This document shows, piece by piece, positions 38,764-49,249 of a DNA stretch of 64,000 nucleotides (its first letter is position 1; every line of letters starts with the position of its first letter). The notes beneath the pieces were generated by a model that saw only the letters and a list, made by a program, of their open reading frames with translations, searched no databases and had not been told where the DNA came from. The position numbers and the translations under genes were made by a program. This DNA is from a candidate division FCPU426 bacterium (GTDB lineage: Bacteria; Oederibacteriota; Muellerivitia; Muellerivitales; Muellerivitaceae), in the NCBI GenBank assembly GCA_963847625.1, contig CAWKAR010000039.1, positions 32,001-96,000 of the forward strand, written 5' to 3'.

Positions 38764-38796
38764 AAGGCGGCTCCAAAATCTGGCGCCGCCTTTTTT
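38764..38796 (+). terminator. Rho-independent terminator closing the OMP/lipoprotein operon
   Basis: AAGGCGGC...GCCGCCTT stem followed by a T-run. Confidence 0.75.
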
Positions 38797-38911
38797 ATTT
38801 AAAAAATGAATGGATTCTTCGTTTGGCGAAGAAATATTTCATTTCTTCTTTTTGGAAATCCCCTACCCTATACTAGACCCCTTTAAAACCCAATATTTAA
38901 GAGGAAAGCCC

Positions 38912-40711
38912 TTGGCTCTGGAACACATTCGAAATTTCTGCATCATCGCCCATATCGACCACGGGAAGAGTACGTTGGCGGACCGTTTACTGGAGTTCAC
39001 CGGCGCCATACCGCCCCGGGAGATGCGCGCCCAGATCATGGACCAGATGGACTTGGAACGGGAACGGGGCATTACCATCAAGGCCAAGGCGGTGCGGTTT
39101 TTTTACCAGGCCCGGGACGGCAAGACCTACGAAATGAACCTGATCGATACGCCCGGCCATGTGGACTTCAATTACGAGGTTTCCCGCAGTCTCAAGGCCT
39201 GCGAGGGTGCCCTCCTTTTGATCGACGCCTCCCAGGGGGTGGAAGCCCAAACGCTCGCTAACGCCTTCCTGGCCATGGAACAAAACCTGACCATCATCCC
39301 CGTGATCAACAAAATCGATCTGCCGGCCGCCGATATAGTCCGTTGCAAGGCTCAAATGGAGAAATCTCTTGCTTTGGACAGTTCCGAGGCCATCCTGGCT
39401 TCGGCCAAGGAGGGAACGGGTATCCAGGAAATCCTGGAGGCGATTGTTAAGAGGGTTCCGCATCCTAAGGGTGAAACCCAGGAGCCCCTGAAAGGACTGA
39501 TCTTTGATTCCATGTTCGACCCGTACCGTGGAGTAATCGTCTTCGTCAGAATGTTCAACGGTGCGATTAGCCATGGCGCTCGGATGAAATTCATGGCCAC
39601 GGGCAAGGTCTTTGAGGTAGAGGAGGTCGGCGTCTTTAAACCTAAAATGGAAAAATCGGAAAAACTCTCGGCCGGGGAAGTCGGTTACGTGGCCGCCAAC
39701 ATCAAAGAAGCCCGGGACGCCAAGGTGGGGGACACGATCACGGAAGAATCCCATCCCACGGACAAGCCCCTGCCTGGCTTCAAGGACGTCCTGCCCATGG
39801 TTTTTTGCGGCCTTTATCCCGTAAACTCCGAGGATTACAACGACCTGAAGGAAGCGCTTGAAAAACTCAAGCTTTCGGACGGGGCTCTTTCCTTCGAACC
39901 CGAGACATCGGTGGCCTTGTCTTTCGGTTTTCGCTGTGGTTTCTTGGGGCTTCTTCACATGGAAATCGTCCAGGAACGGCTGGAAAGGGAATACGGCTTG
40001 AATCTCATCGCCACCGCCCCCAGTGTGGTATATCGGATTCTTAAAACCAACGGGGAGGTCATGATGGTGGACAATCCCACCAAGCTTCCCAATCCATCCG
40101 TGATTGATGAGATCAACGAGCCCTACATCGACGCCCGCATTATTACGCCCTCGGATTACATCGGGGCCGTCATGACCCTTTGCCAGGAAAGGCGTGGCAC
40201 TCACAAGGACACCCATTTCCTGGATCCAGCCCGAGCCCAGATCACCTACGAGATGCCCCTCGCCGAGGTGGTCATGGATTTCTTCGACCGGTTGAAAAGC
40301 GGAACTAAGGGATACGCCTCCCTTGACTACGAACCCATCGGCTTTCGTCCCGGGGACGTGGTCAAGGTGGACATCCTATTGAACGGGGAACCGGTGGACG
40401 CCCTGTCCTTCATGACCCATCAGGACAAAGCCGAGGCACGGGGCCGGGGAATCGCCGGGAAACTCAAGGAAATCATTCCCCAGCAACTATTCGAGGTACC
40501 CATCCAGGCCGCCATCGGAGGAAAGATCATCGCCCGGGAAACGATTCGGGCTCGGAGGAAAGACGTGCTGGCCAAATGCTACGGCGGTGATATCACACGA
40601 AAACGCAAGCTTCTGGACAAACAAAAGAAAGGGAAGAAGCGAATGAAAGCCATCGGCCAAGTGGAAATCCCCCAGGAAGCTTTTCTGGCGGTCTTGAAAG
40701 TGGAAGAATAA
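38912..40711 (+). CDS. lepA: Translation elongation factor 4 (LepA)
   Basis: [51 protein letters not shown] precedes TTG 38912. Confidence 0.98.
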   Translation: MALEHIRNFCIIAHIDHGKSTLADRLLEFTGAIPPREMRAQIMDQMDLERERGITIKAKAVRFFYQARDGKTYEMNLIDTPGHVDFNYEVSRSLKACEGALLLIDASQGVEAQTLANAFLAMEQNLTIIPVINKIDLPAADIVRCKAQMEKSLALDSSEAILASAKEGTGIQEILEAIVKRVPHPKGETQEPLKGLIFDSMFDPYRGVIVFVRMFNGAISHGARMKFMATGKVFEVEEVGVFKPKMEKSEKLSAGEVGYVAANIKEARDAKVGDTITEESHPTDKPLPGFKDVLPMVFCGLYPVNSEDYNDLKEALEKLKLSDGALSFEPETSVALSFGFRCGFLGLLHMEIVQERLEREYGLNLIATAPSVVYRILKTNGEVMMVDNPTKLPNPSVIDEINEPYIDARIITPSDYIGAVMTLCQERRGTHKDTHFLDPARAQITYEMPLAEVVMDFFDRLKSGTKGYASLDYEPIGFRPGDVVKVDILLNGEPVDALSFMTHQDKAEARGRGIAGKLKEIIPQQLFEVPIQAAIGGKIIARETIRARRKDVLAKCYGGDITRKRKLLDKQKKGKKRMKAIGQVEIPQEAFLAVLKVEE

Positions 40712-40736
40712 CGTCTAAAGGAAAAGAGGAAAATAA

Positions 40737-41471
40737 ATGGAAAACCTGAATTACTATCTTTACGCTGCGGCGGGCGTACTGACTCTTGTGGAAATCCTCC
40801 TGAAATGGGTTTTTACCTCGATCCGCCAAAACCAGGGCCTGAAAGGGATGGTGGAAACGGCCGATTCGCTTTGGGTGGCCATTTTGCTGGCCCTAGCATT
40901 GAAAGCTGTCCTGCTCCAGCCATTCACCATTCCCTCCGGCAGCATGGAGGATACCCTCCTCGTCGGCGATTATATACTGGTAAAAAAGTACGAATACGGT
41001 TACTCGGTTTGGAACAGCACTCCCCGGTTTCTGCAATTCAAGAAACCGCAGAACAGGGAAATCCTGGTTTTCGTTTATCCCGGGGACCACACCAAAGACT
41101 TTGTCAAGCGATGCATCGGAATACCAGGAGATGTGATTGAATATAAAAAAAAGGAACTTTATGTCAACGGGATCAAACAGGTTGAACCCTATGTCAAGCA
41201 TATCGATCCTACTTATGAACCTCCAGGAGATTACTTCAACGGGAAACGGGATAATTTTGGGCCGGTCACGGTGGAATCGGGACATTACTTCATGATGGGG
41301 GACAACCGGGACAACAGCATGGATTCCCGCTACTGGGGCCAATTGGACGAGAAACTCATCAAAGGAAGGGCCTGGGCGATTTACTGGCATAGCCTTCATT
41401 TTTTCAGCTTGGGCGCCCTTTGGGACTCGCTCAAATTTTGTTTCCACCGCATGTTTTCAGTGATTCATTGA
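40737..41471 (+). CDS. lepB: Signal peptidase I
   Basis: IPSGSMEDTL, DFVKRCIG.PGD, GDNRDNSMDSRYWG. Confidence 0.96.
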   Translation: MENLNYYLYAAAGVLTLVEILLKWVFTSIRQNQGLKGMVETADSLWVAILLALALKAVLLQPFTIPSGSMEDTLLVGDYILVKKYEYGYSVWNSTPRFLQFKKPQNREILVFVYPGDHTKDFVKRCIGIPGDVIEYKKKELYVNGIKQVEPYVKHIDPTYEPPGDYFNGKRDNFGPVTVESGHYFMMGDNRDNSMDSRYWGQLDEKLIKGRAWAIYWHSLHFFSLGALWDSLKFCFHRMFSVIH

Positions 41472-41591
41472 TAAGTAATCCCGGCGAAAGTGGAGATAAA
41501 GTAAGAAATTTTTTGTTACTGAATGATTGGAACAGCGGCTAAATCGATTAATTTAGTAAATCAGGATACGTCAATTGGCTTATTTGTTCTC

Positions 41592-42698
41592 ATGAACATT
41601 TATATTCATATTCCCTTTTGCGCCTCCATTTGCAACTACTGCGATTTTACCTCTTTTGTCGGTCAAGACTACAAGATGGCCCCCTATGTTGATGTCCTTT
41701 GCCGGGAGATCGGGGCATCCACCCTGGAAGGTCCCTTGAGAACCCTCTATTTCGGCGGAGGAACACCCTCAACCCTTCCCGTCCCGCTACTGGAGAAGTT
41801 ATTAAGCCGTATTAAAGCCAAAGTGTTATTTAACCCCGATATTGAGATTTCCTTGGAGGCTAATCCTGAAACCGTTGATCTTCCCAAATTGGCAGGCTAC
41901 CGGTTCTTGGGCGTCAACCGCCTGAGTTTCGGAGCCCAGGCCTTTCAAAGGGAACTTTTAAAAGAATTAGGCCGGGGACACGATTGGAACCAGGTTGAGC
42001 TATCCTTTCATGATGCGAGGACGGCCGGTTTTGAGAATATCAACCTAGACCTGATGTTCGGTCTTCCGGGACAAACGCTGGAAATGTTCAAGAAATCCGT
42101 TGAAAAAGCCGTGGGATTGGGCCCGGATCATTTGTCCTTATATGCTTTACAAGTGGAAGAGGGAACTCCCCTGTTCAAAAAGGTCAAACGGGGTTTGGCC
42201 TTGCCCTCCGAAGATGAGACGGCGGATCGGTACGCGTTTGCACAGGAATTCCTCGCCCGGCAAGGATTCGAGCAATACGAGGTCTCCAATTTCGCCCGCG
42301 CCGGTAAACATTGCCGCCACAACTGGAACATTTGGCGGGGTGAGGATTACCGGGGTTTTGGGGTCTCGGCGGTCGGGACCGTGAAGAACACCCGATATTC
42401 CCACGGGGACAACTTGGAAGAATACCTTGAAAACGAAGGCAAAGGCCCCTCTTTGCACCTGGAAAAACTATCCAAATCCATCCTCGCATTCGAAAAAATT
42501 ATGCTGGGATTACGGACCCGGGATGGAGTTTTGAAAGAGGATGTCGAACGGTACGCTGATTCAAGAGGAATATCCTACAAAGACAAATTCGCCGCATTTC
42601 TAAGGGAAGGCCTTTTATCATTGACGCAAGGCCGGTACAGGGTCACACCCAAAGGCTTCTTTGTTTTAAACGGGGTTTTGGAAGCTTTGATGGCTTAA
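41592..42698 (+). CDS. hemW: Radical SAM heme chaperone HemW (HemN-like)
   Basis: YIHIPFCASICNYCDF, GGGTPS, EANP, YEVSNF, HNWNIW. Confidence 0.93.
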   Translation: MNIYIHIPFCASICNYCDFTSFVGQDYKMAPYVDVLCREIGASTLEGPLRTLYFGGGTPSTLPVPLLEKLLSRIKAKVLFNPDIEISLEANPETVDLPKLAGYRFLGVNRLSFGAQAFQRELLKELGRGHDWNQVELSFHDARTAGFENINLDLMFGLPGQTLEMFKKSVEKAVGLGPDHLSLYALQVEEGTPLFKKVKRGLALPSEDETADRYAFAQEFLARQGFEQYEVSNFARAGKHCRHNWNIWRGEDYRGFGVSAVGTVKNTRYSHGDNLEEYLENEGKGPSLHLEKLSKSILAFEKIMLGLRTRDGVLKEDVERYADSRGISYKDKFAAFLREGLLSLTQGRYRVTPKGFFVLNGVLEALMA

Positions 42699-42750
42699 GA
42701 ATTATCCTTACTTTCCAGGTTTTTATTACCGATGGATCTGGGATAGGAAG

Positions 42751-42778
42751 TTGACTTTCCATGATCTCAACTTATTAT
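42751..42778 (+). promoter_or_regulatory. Sigma70-type promoter candidate for hrcA-grpE-dnaK
   Basis: TTGACT-N16-TATTAT. Confidence 0.55.
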
Positions 42779-42815
42779 TAAGGGGCTTTAACACATGGTT
42801 TTCCGGAGCTTTTCA

Positions 42816-43853
42816 TTGGTCGCCAGCCAACCTTTAAAAAATCGCGAGGAAAAAATCCTTTCCTCAGTTATTCGACACTACGTTGAAACCGCTAAACCGG
42901 TGGGTTCGCAGGTTATCGCCCAAAGCATGGATCTTTCCTCGGCCACGGTTCGAAATGTCCTGCTGGAACTGGAGAATAAAGGTTACTTGACCCACCCCCA
43001 TACCTCGGCGGGCCGCATTCCGCTGGACTTAGCCTACCGTTTTTATGTGGACCGGCTCATGCAGGCCCGGAGTTTGAACGTGAGGGAAAAACAACTCATT
43101 GAGCAGGAATACGAAAAAACCAAAGATGAAGTGGAAAACCTGATGCGGCATACGGCCAAGATCCTCGCCGCAATGACCCGGCTGGCGGGTTTGGCGGTTT
43201 ATCACACGCCCCAGGAGATATCCCTGGACCATGTCAAACTCATCGCAATCGACTCCAGGAAGGTGATGGTGCTTCTTGTCCTGGGGAACGGTCTTCTCAA
43301 GGAGGAACTGGTTCACCTGGATGCCCCGGTTAAACTCAAGGAAGTGGCTAGGATCGGGCAACTCCTGAATTCCAGGTTTAAGGGTATGGGCCTGGTGGAA
43401 ATCCGCGGGGCCCTTTTGAAAGAAGCTGAGTCGGTCAAGAACGCCCGACTGGACATCCTGGAGGCCGCCCTCAAGCTAATTGACGGCGCCCTCCGGTATG
43501 AATATGACCAGATCCATTTGGAAGGGGCTTCCCGCTTGATGGAACAGCCCGAGTTCCGGAACGTGGAAATGATGGAAAAAGTCTTGAGGTTGGTGGAGGA
43601 AAAAGAACCCCTCGCCCAATGCTTCAACCGAAGTTGGAACCGAACCGGTCTTTCAGTCGAAATCGGGCGCGAGCTTTCCGAACAGTCCCTCCGCGGATTT
43701 TCCTTCGTTCACCTCCCCTATACCCTCAAAGGCCGAGTGGTGGGGGCCGTGGGGGTTTTGGGACCCACGCGGATGGCTTACGACCGGGTGGCAGGAATCG
43801 TCGATCATCTGGCCAAGTTTTTGGAAGACACGTTTTCCCGAAGGGATTGGTGA
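42816..43853 (+). CDS. hrcA: Heat-inducible transcription repressor HrcA
   Basis: REEKIL..VI.HYV.TAKPVGS, SSATVRN, HPHTSAGRIP, GVLGPTRMAY. The start is TTG 42816 (GGAG 7 nt upstream) or ATG 42795. Confidence 0.96.
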   Translation: MVASQPLKNREEKILSSVIRHYVETAKPVGSQVIAQSMDLSSATVRNVLLELENKGYLTHPHTSAGRIPLDLAYRFYVDRLMQARSLNVREKQLIEQEYEKTKDEVENLMRHTAKILAAMTRLAGLAVYHTPQEISLDHVKLIAIDSRKVMVLLVLGNGLLKEELVHLDAPVKLKEVARIGQLLNSRFKGMGLVEIRGALLKEAESVKNARLDILEAALKLIDGALRYEYDQIHLEGASRLMEQPEFRNVEMMEKVLRLVEEKEPLAQCFNRSWNRTGLSVEIGRELSEQSLRGFSFVHLPYTLKGRVVGAVGVLGPTRMAYDRVAGIVDHLAKFLEDTFSRRDW

Positions 43854-43856
43854 ACC

Positions 43857-44468
43857 ATGGTCGAAATCCCCTTTAACGCAGGTCCTATCGACCCGGAACA
43901 GGATGTGGAGATTCTCTCCAGCTCCCCCGAACCGGCGGAGGAAGGGTTCGGCGCCAAAGAACAAACCTCAGGGAGCCAGATCTCCGGCGCCGAGGCTGAG
44001 GAGTGGAAGCAAAAACACGACGAGATCAAGGACCGGCTCGTATGGATGGCAGCCGATTTCGATAACTATAAAAAAAGGGTCTTGAAGGAGAAGGAAGAAT
44101 TCCTTAAATTCTCTCAGGCATCCTTGTTGAAGGAATTGCTGGTCGTGGTGGACAACCTTGAAAGGGCCATGCTTTCCATGCCGAAGGACGACCTGGACCA
44201 GGGGTTCCTGGGTCTCAAGCAAGGCGTGGAACTGACCCTGCGCCAGTTTCATTCCCTCTTGGGGAAAAACGGTGTGACCAAGATGAAGGTCCTGGGCGAA
44301 CAATTTGACCCCCGGTTCCATCAAGTGATGTTCCAGCAAGAAACGACCCAGTATCCGGACCAGACGGTTTTGGAGGAGTTGCAAAGCGGCTATATGCTTC
44401 AGGAACGGGTCTTACGGCCCGCCATGGTGAAAGTGGCGAAGAACCTTGGATCTTCCCCCACCGGATGA
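43857..44468 (+). CDS. grpE: Nucleotide exchange factor GrpE
   Basis: ADFDNYKKR, DNLERA, FDPRFHQ, GYML.ERVLRPAMVKV. Confidence 0.96.
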   Translation: MVEIPFNAGPIDPEQDVEILSSSPEPAEEGFGAKEQTSGSQISGAEAEEWKQKHDEIKDRLVWMAADFDNYKKRVLKEKEEFLKFSQASLLKELLVVVDNLERAMLSMPKDDLDQGFLGLKQGVELTLRQFHSLLGKNGVTKMKVLGEQFDPRFHQVMFQQETTQYPDQTVLEELQSGYMLQERVLRPAMVKVAKNLGSSPTG

Positions 44469-44569
44469 CAATGGCCCGCGAATCGTTTGCGGCAAACAAC
44501 CGTCAATGAATTAGACTTAAAATCCTTGCCTGATTATGGGCAAGAAACGCAAAAAAGAGGAGTCTTGAA

Positions 44570-46501
44570 ATGGCAACGAACAAAGTATTAGGAATCGATT
44601 TGGGAACGACCAATTCGTGTATGGCTATCATGGAAGGCGGCGAACCGAAGGTTATCGCCAACTCGGAAGGGGCCCGCACGACACCCTCGGTCGTGGGTTT
44701 TTCCAAAACCGGGGAGAGACTGGTCGGACGGGTCGCCAAAAACCAGGCCATCACCAACCCTACCAATACGGTCTATTCCATCAAGCGTTTCATGGGCCGC
44801 AAGCTCCACGACGCCGAAGTCGAAATGGACCGAAAAATGGTTCCTTATATCCTGAAAGAAGCTTCCAACGGGGACGTTCGAGTGAAGATCGACGACAAGG
44901 AATATTCCCCGCCAGAAATCTCTGCCATGATTCTGCAAAAACTCAAGACGGACGCTGAGGCTTACCTGGGCGGCGAGATCACAGAGGCCGTTATCACGGT
45001 GCCCGCTTATTTCAATGACGCTCAACGTCAAGCTACCAAGGACGCCGGTAAAATCGCCGGCATGGAAGTGCTTCGAATCATCAATGAGCCTACGGCGGCG
45101 GCGTTGGCCTATGGTTTGGATAAGAAGCAAAAGAATGAAAAGATTGCCGTTTATGACCTGGGCGGGGGAACCTTCGACATTTCCATCCTCGAGTTGGGGG
45201 ACGGTGTGTTCGAAGTGAAGTCCACCAACGGAGACACCCACCTGGGGGGAGACGACTTCGACCAAAAAATCATCCAGTGGCTCGTGGAGGAGTTCAAGAA
45301 GGACAACGGCGTCGACTTGAAGAACGACCGCATGGCCCTTCAACGCCTGAAAGAGGGGGCGGAAAAGGCCAAAATCGACCTTTCCACCACCCAGGAAACC
45401 GAGATCAATTTGCCCTTCATTACCGCTGACGCATCGGGCCCCAAGCACCTGAACGTCAAACTAACCCGCTCCAAGTTGGAGCAATTGGTGGGGGACTACG
45501 TGGATAAGACCATCGAGCCCTGTCGAAAAGCCCTGAAGGACGCTGGGTTGGGCGTGAATGACATCAACGAAGTGGTATTAGTAGGCGGTATGACCCGTAT
45601 GCCCCTGGTCATTAAGACCGTGAAAGATTTCTTCCAAAAAGAACCCCACAAGGGAGTCAACCCCGACGAGGTCGTGGCCGTAGGTGCCGCCATCCAGGCC
45701 GGTGTCTTGAAGGGCGAGGTCAAAGACGTTCTTCTCCTGGACGTCACGCCCCTCTCTCTGGGCGTGGAAACGCTGGGCGGCGTCATGACCCGCATCATCG
45801 ACCGCAACACCACCATTCCAGTCAAGAAAAGCCAGATTTTTTCCACCGCTGCGGACGGCCAAAGCACGGTTTCCATCCATGTCCTTCAGGGAGAACGCGA
45901 GATGGCCACCGACAACCGCACCCTCGGACGGTTCGACCTGGTAGGTATCCCGCCGGCGCCGCGCGGCGTGCCTCAGATCGAAGTGACCTTCAACATCGAC
46001 GCCAACGGCATATTACACGTCGCGGCCAAGGACCTGGGCACGGCCAAGGAACAGTCCATACGCATCACGCCATCCTCGGGCTTATCCGAGGACGAAATCA
46101 AGAAAATGCAAAAGGACGCTGAGGCCCATGCCGATGAGGACATGAAAAAGAAGGAAAAAATCGAGGCAAAGAACCACGCTGATACCCTGGCCTACTCCAC
46201 TGAGAAGGCCCTCAAGGAATACGGGGACAAGGTAGATGGCGATACTAAGAAAAAAATCGAAGAAAAGCTCGAGGCCTTGAAAAAAGTTCTCCCCGGAGAC
46301 GACATCGAAGCAATCAAGAAAGCCACCGAAGAGTTGACTGAAGCCTCCATGAAACTCGGGGAGGCCATGTACAAAGCTTCCGCCGAGAAACAGGCGGCCT
46401 CCGGGGCTCAAACGTCCGAAAGCCCCAAACCCGAGGAAAAAGAAAAAAACGAGGGAGCTGTTGACGCGGAATACGAGCCCATGGATAAAGATAAAAAATA
46501 A
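44570..46501 (+). CDS. dnaK: Chaperone DnaK
   Basis: [32 protein letters not shown]. Confidence 0.99.
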   Translation: MATNKVLGIDLGTTNSCMAIMEGGEPKVIANSEGARTTPSVVGFSKTGERLVGRVAKNQAITNPTNTVYSIKRFMGRKLHDAEVEMDRKMVPYILKEASNGDVRVKIDDKEYSPPEISAMILQKLKTDAEAYLGGEITEAVITVPAYFNDAQRQATKDAGKIAGMEVLRIINEPTAAALAYGLDKKQKNEKIAVYDLGGGTFDISILELGDGVFEVKSTNGDTHLGGDDFDQKIIQWLVEEFKKDNGVDLKNDRMALQRLKEGAEKAKIDLSTTQETEINLPFITADASGPKHLNVKLTRSKLEQLVGDYVDKTIEPCRKALKDAGLGVNDINEVVLVGGMTRMPLVIKTVKDFFQKEPHKGVNPDEVVAVGAAIQAGVLKGEVKDVLLLDVTPLSLGVETLGGVMTRIIDRNTTIPVKKSQIFSTAADGQSTVSIHVLQGEREMATDNRTLGRFDLVGIPPAPRGVPQIEVTFNIDANGILHVAAKDLGTAKEQSIRITPSSGLSEDEIKKMQKDAEAHADEDMKKKEKIEAKNHADTLAYSTEKALKEYGDKVDGDTKKKIEEKLEALKKVLPGDDIEAIKKATEELTEASMKLGEAMYKASAEKQAASGAQTSESPKPEEKEKNEGAVDAEYEPMDKDKK

Positions 46502-46531
46502 TTCAAGACGATGGGTTTTATATTTTGAATG

Positions 46532-46566
46532 ATGAAAGGCGGCCGAAAGGCCGCCTTTCATGTTTT
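46532..46566 (+). terminator. Terminator after dnaK
   Basis: Perfect 13-bp stem ATGAAAGGCGGCC-GAAA-GGCCGCCTTTCAT, then GTTTT. Confidence 0.85.
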
Positions 46567-46651
46567 AAGGCCTCGGCGGTAATTGGAGGGTGATATAATC
46601 CCAATTAATCTAAGTCATTTCGCTTGGGCCATCCAATTCGAGGTTAATGAA

Positions 46652-47809
46652 TTGTCTTTCAAAAAAATCGCCATCCTGGGTTCAACCGGCTCCATCGGCC
46701 AATCCGCCCTCAAAGTTGTTCAAAAGCTCAAACCCGGATTCCAAGTAACTGGTTTGACCGCTAACCGCAACATCCTGGAACTTGCCAAACAAATCAAGGC
46801 CTTCCGGCCCAAATTAGCCGCGCTCATGGATGAAAATCTGGTTTCCCGGCTCAAGGGCCTCGTGAAGGGCCTCCCGACCCGCGTCTTGGGCGGGGAAGAG
46901 GGACTGCTGGCGGTGGCGGCGGAATCGGGAGCCGATATGGTGCTTTCCGCCATCGTAGGTGCCGCAGGCTTGAAATCAACCTTAACCGCCATCCAAAGGG
47001 GCAAAGACATCGCGCTGGCCAACAAGGAAACCATGGTGATGGCTGGGGAAGTCGTGACGAAGGCGGCCCGGAAATCGGGTTCCAAAATCCTTCCGGTAGA
47101 CAGCGAACATTGCGCCATATTCCAATGCTTGGCTGGATGCGACAAGCCGGAAACCGAAATCCACCGGATCCTCCTTACGGCATCCGGCGGGCCCTTTCGC
47201 CTCCTGCACCGGAAGCATTTCCACAAGATAAAGCTGAAAGAAGCCCTGAACCACCCCACCTGGCGCATGGGTCCCAAGATCACCATCGATTCGGCCACTA
47301 TGATGAACAAGGGGTTGGAGGTCATCGAGGCCCATTACCTGTTTGGCGCTCCCTTCCGAAAAATTGAAATCGTAATCCATCCCGAGTCCATCGTACATTC
47401 CATGGTGGAGTTCATCGACGGATCGGTGCTAGCCCAGTTGGGTACCACCGACATGCAGATTCCCATCCAATTCGCCATCACTTATCCTATCCGGCGGAAA
47501 ACTCCCGTGGAAAGACTGGACTTTGCCAAGGCGGGCAAACTTCACTTTGAGAAACCCGACCGTAAAAAATTTCCCTGCGTGGACCTGGCTTACGAGGCGG
47601 GAGAAAAAGGCGGCACCTTTCCCGCGGTTTTAAACGCGGCCAACGAGGTGGCGGTGGATCGATTTTTAAAAGAGGAAATCGGTTTCAGCGATATCCCTAG
47701 AATCATCGATAAAACCCTGGCAAAATACCGTCCCCTGACAAATGGGACCCTCGATGGTATATTGATGGCCGATCGCTGGGCCCGGGCACAAGCGGCCAAA
47801 ATCCTGTAA
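46652..47809 (+). CDS. dxr: 1-deoxy-D-xylulose 5-phosphate reductoisomerase
   Basis: ILGSTGSIG, LANKE, PVDSEH, TASGGPF, HPTWRMGPKITIDSA, NAANE; TTG start. Confidence 0.97.
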   Translation: MSFKKIAILGSTGSIGQSALKVVQKLKPGFQVTGLTANRNILELAKQIKAFRPKLAALMDENLVSRLKGLVKGLPTRVLGGEEGLLAVAAESGADMVLSAIVGAAGLKSTLTAIQRGKDIALANKETMVMAGEVVTKAARKSGSKILPVDSEHCAIFQCLAGCDKPETEIHRILLTASGGPFRLLHRKHFHKIKLKEALNHPTWRMGPKITIDSATMMNKGLEVIEAHYLFGAPFRKIEIVIHPESIVHSMVEFIDGSVLAQLGTTDMQIPIQFAITYPIRRKTPVERLDFAKAGKLHFEKPDRKKFPCVDLAYEAGEKGGTFPAVLNAANEVAVDRFLKEEIGFSDIPRIIDKTLAKYRPLTNGTLDGILMADRWARAQAAKIL

Positions 47810-47818
47810 GGAAACCCC

Positions 47819-49174
47819 ATGAACTCAACTCTATGGCTTATCGAAGTTATCGTGGCTTTCGGCTTCATGATTTTCATCCATGAAGGCGGACATTTCCTGT
47901 TTTGTAGGCTGTTCAAGGTGGAAGTGGAGGAATTCGCGTTGGGGTTTGGAACGCGCCTAGCCAGTTGGAAATGGGGAAAAACACTCTATTCCATCCGGGC
48001 ATTACCCCTGGGGGGATTCTGCAAACCCCAAGGAGGGGACTTGAGCGGTGAAAGCGCCGAGAAAATGTACGAGAATCCCCCCCAACCCGGGGATTTCCTG
48101 AGCGCCGCCTGGTGGAAAAGGATATTTATTTTCATGGCCGGTCCCGGTATGAATTTCATCTCGGCCTTCTGTCTTTACTTCCTGCTTTTCTGGATTATCG
48201 GGGACAAGGTTCCCATGGGAAAACCCTTCCTGGGTTATATTCCCCCTCATAGCGCGGCCTCGGTGGCGGGTTTGAAGGAAGGAGACCATCTTTTAAAAGT
48301 CGACGGTTCGTATTACAAGAATCTTTACCGCGCGGTGGGAGTCATTTTCGATAGGTTAGACAGAAGAAAAGGTTCCGGCGTCATTCTGACCCTGGAGAGA
48401 AAGGGAAAAACCTTCAATTGCGTCCTAAAGGGGGCCATAAAAAATCCTGACTTTGAATTGGGAATATACCAGGCTCTTCCTCCTGTGATCGGGATGGTGC
48501 CTTTCTCCTCCCCGGCACGGAAGGCTGGGTTATTGGAAGGAGACTTGATCCTGAGCGTTGACGGCCAGAAAGTTTCCGAGTGGGGTGAGCTGACTTATAT
48601 TATCCACCATTCCATGACAGATGAAATCCATCTCCTCGTCTCACGGCAGGGAAAGTCTTATCCCGTTGTTTTAAAAAAAGTTTTCGACGGAATGGGGAAA
48701 CACATCGGCATCTCCCCGCCGGATGCGACGGAATTTGACGCCCAAAAAATGGGTGTATTGGAAGCTTTCAGCGCGGCCGGAACAAAGATTGTCGGAACTA
48801 CCCTTCTTTACGCGGACGCACTCTGGGAAATGGTGGTGGGGAAGATATCCTTGAAAGATAATATTGGCGGCCCCGTGACCATCATGCGGGTCATGTACCA
48901 AAGAGCGTCCCTGGGCTGGCAGGAATTTCTTAATATCATCGCTTTTATTTCCCTCATCCTTTGCATCATGAACCTTCTTCCGATCCCGGTGGTGGACGGC
49001 GGCCAAGTGGTCCTTTGCCTCGTGGAGGGGATCAAACGGAAAGCCGTTTCAGTCAAGGTGCAGATGGCCTACCAGCAAGTGGGTTTCATCCTGGTGATTG
49101 GGCTCATGGTCTTTGCTGTCATCATGGATTTCTGGAGCCTCTACCTGGAAAAATTCCACAACCAATTCCATTAA
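47819..49174 (+). CDS. rseP: RIP metalloprotease RseP with two PDZ domains
   Basis: HEGGH, LPLGGF, AGP.MN, NLLPIPVVDGG. Confidence 0.96.
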   Translation: MNSTLWLIEVIVAFGFMIFIHEGGHFLFCRLFKVEVEEFALGFGTRLASWKWGKTLYSIRALPLGGFCKPQGGDLSGESAEKMYENPPQPGDFLSAAWWKRIFIFMAGPGMNFISAFCLYFLLFWIIGDKVPMGKPFLGYIPPHSAASVAGLKEGDHLLKVDGSYYKNLYRAVGVIFDRLDRRKGSGVILTLERKGKTFNCVLKGAIKNPDFELGIYQALPPVIGMVPFSSPARKAGLLEGDLILSVDGQKVSEWGELTYIIHHSMTDEIHLLVSRQGKSYPVVLKKVFDGMGKHIGISPPDATEFDAQKMGVLEAFSAAGTKIVGTTLLYADALWEMVVGKISLKDNIGGPVTIMRVMYQRASLGWQEFLNIIAFISLILCIMNLLPIPVVDGGQVVLCLVEGIKRKAVSVKVQMAYQQVGFILVIGLMVFAVIMDFWSLYLEKFHNQFH

Positions 49175-49249
49175 AGAATCATTCAATTCTTGTCGGGGGC
49201 GTGGTAATAGAGCCCCCCGCCGGACATCCAAGCCTTTGGGGAGGGCTTT

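Noticed and set aside
44588..45448. 286-aa antisense ORF inside dnaK (also 38987-40216 inside lepA, 4634-5536, 17236-17964 and similar)
   Set aside because: Shadow ORFs opposite well-conserved genes, expected from high GC3 codon bias; no motifs of their own.
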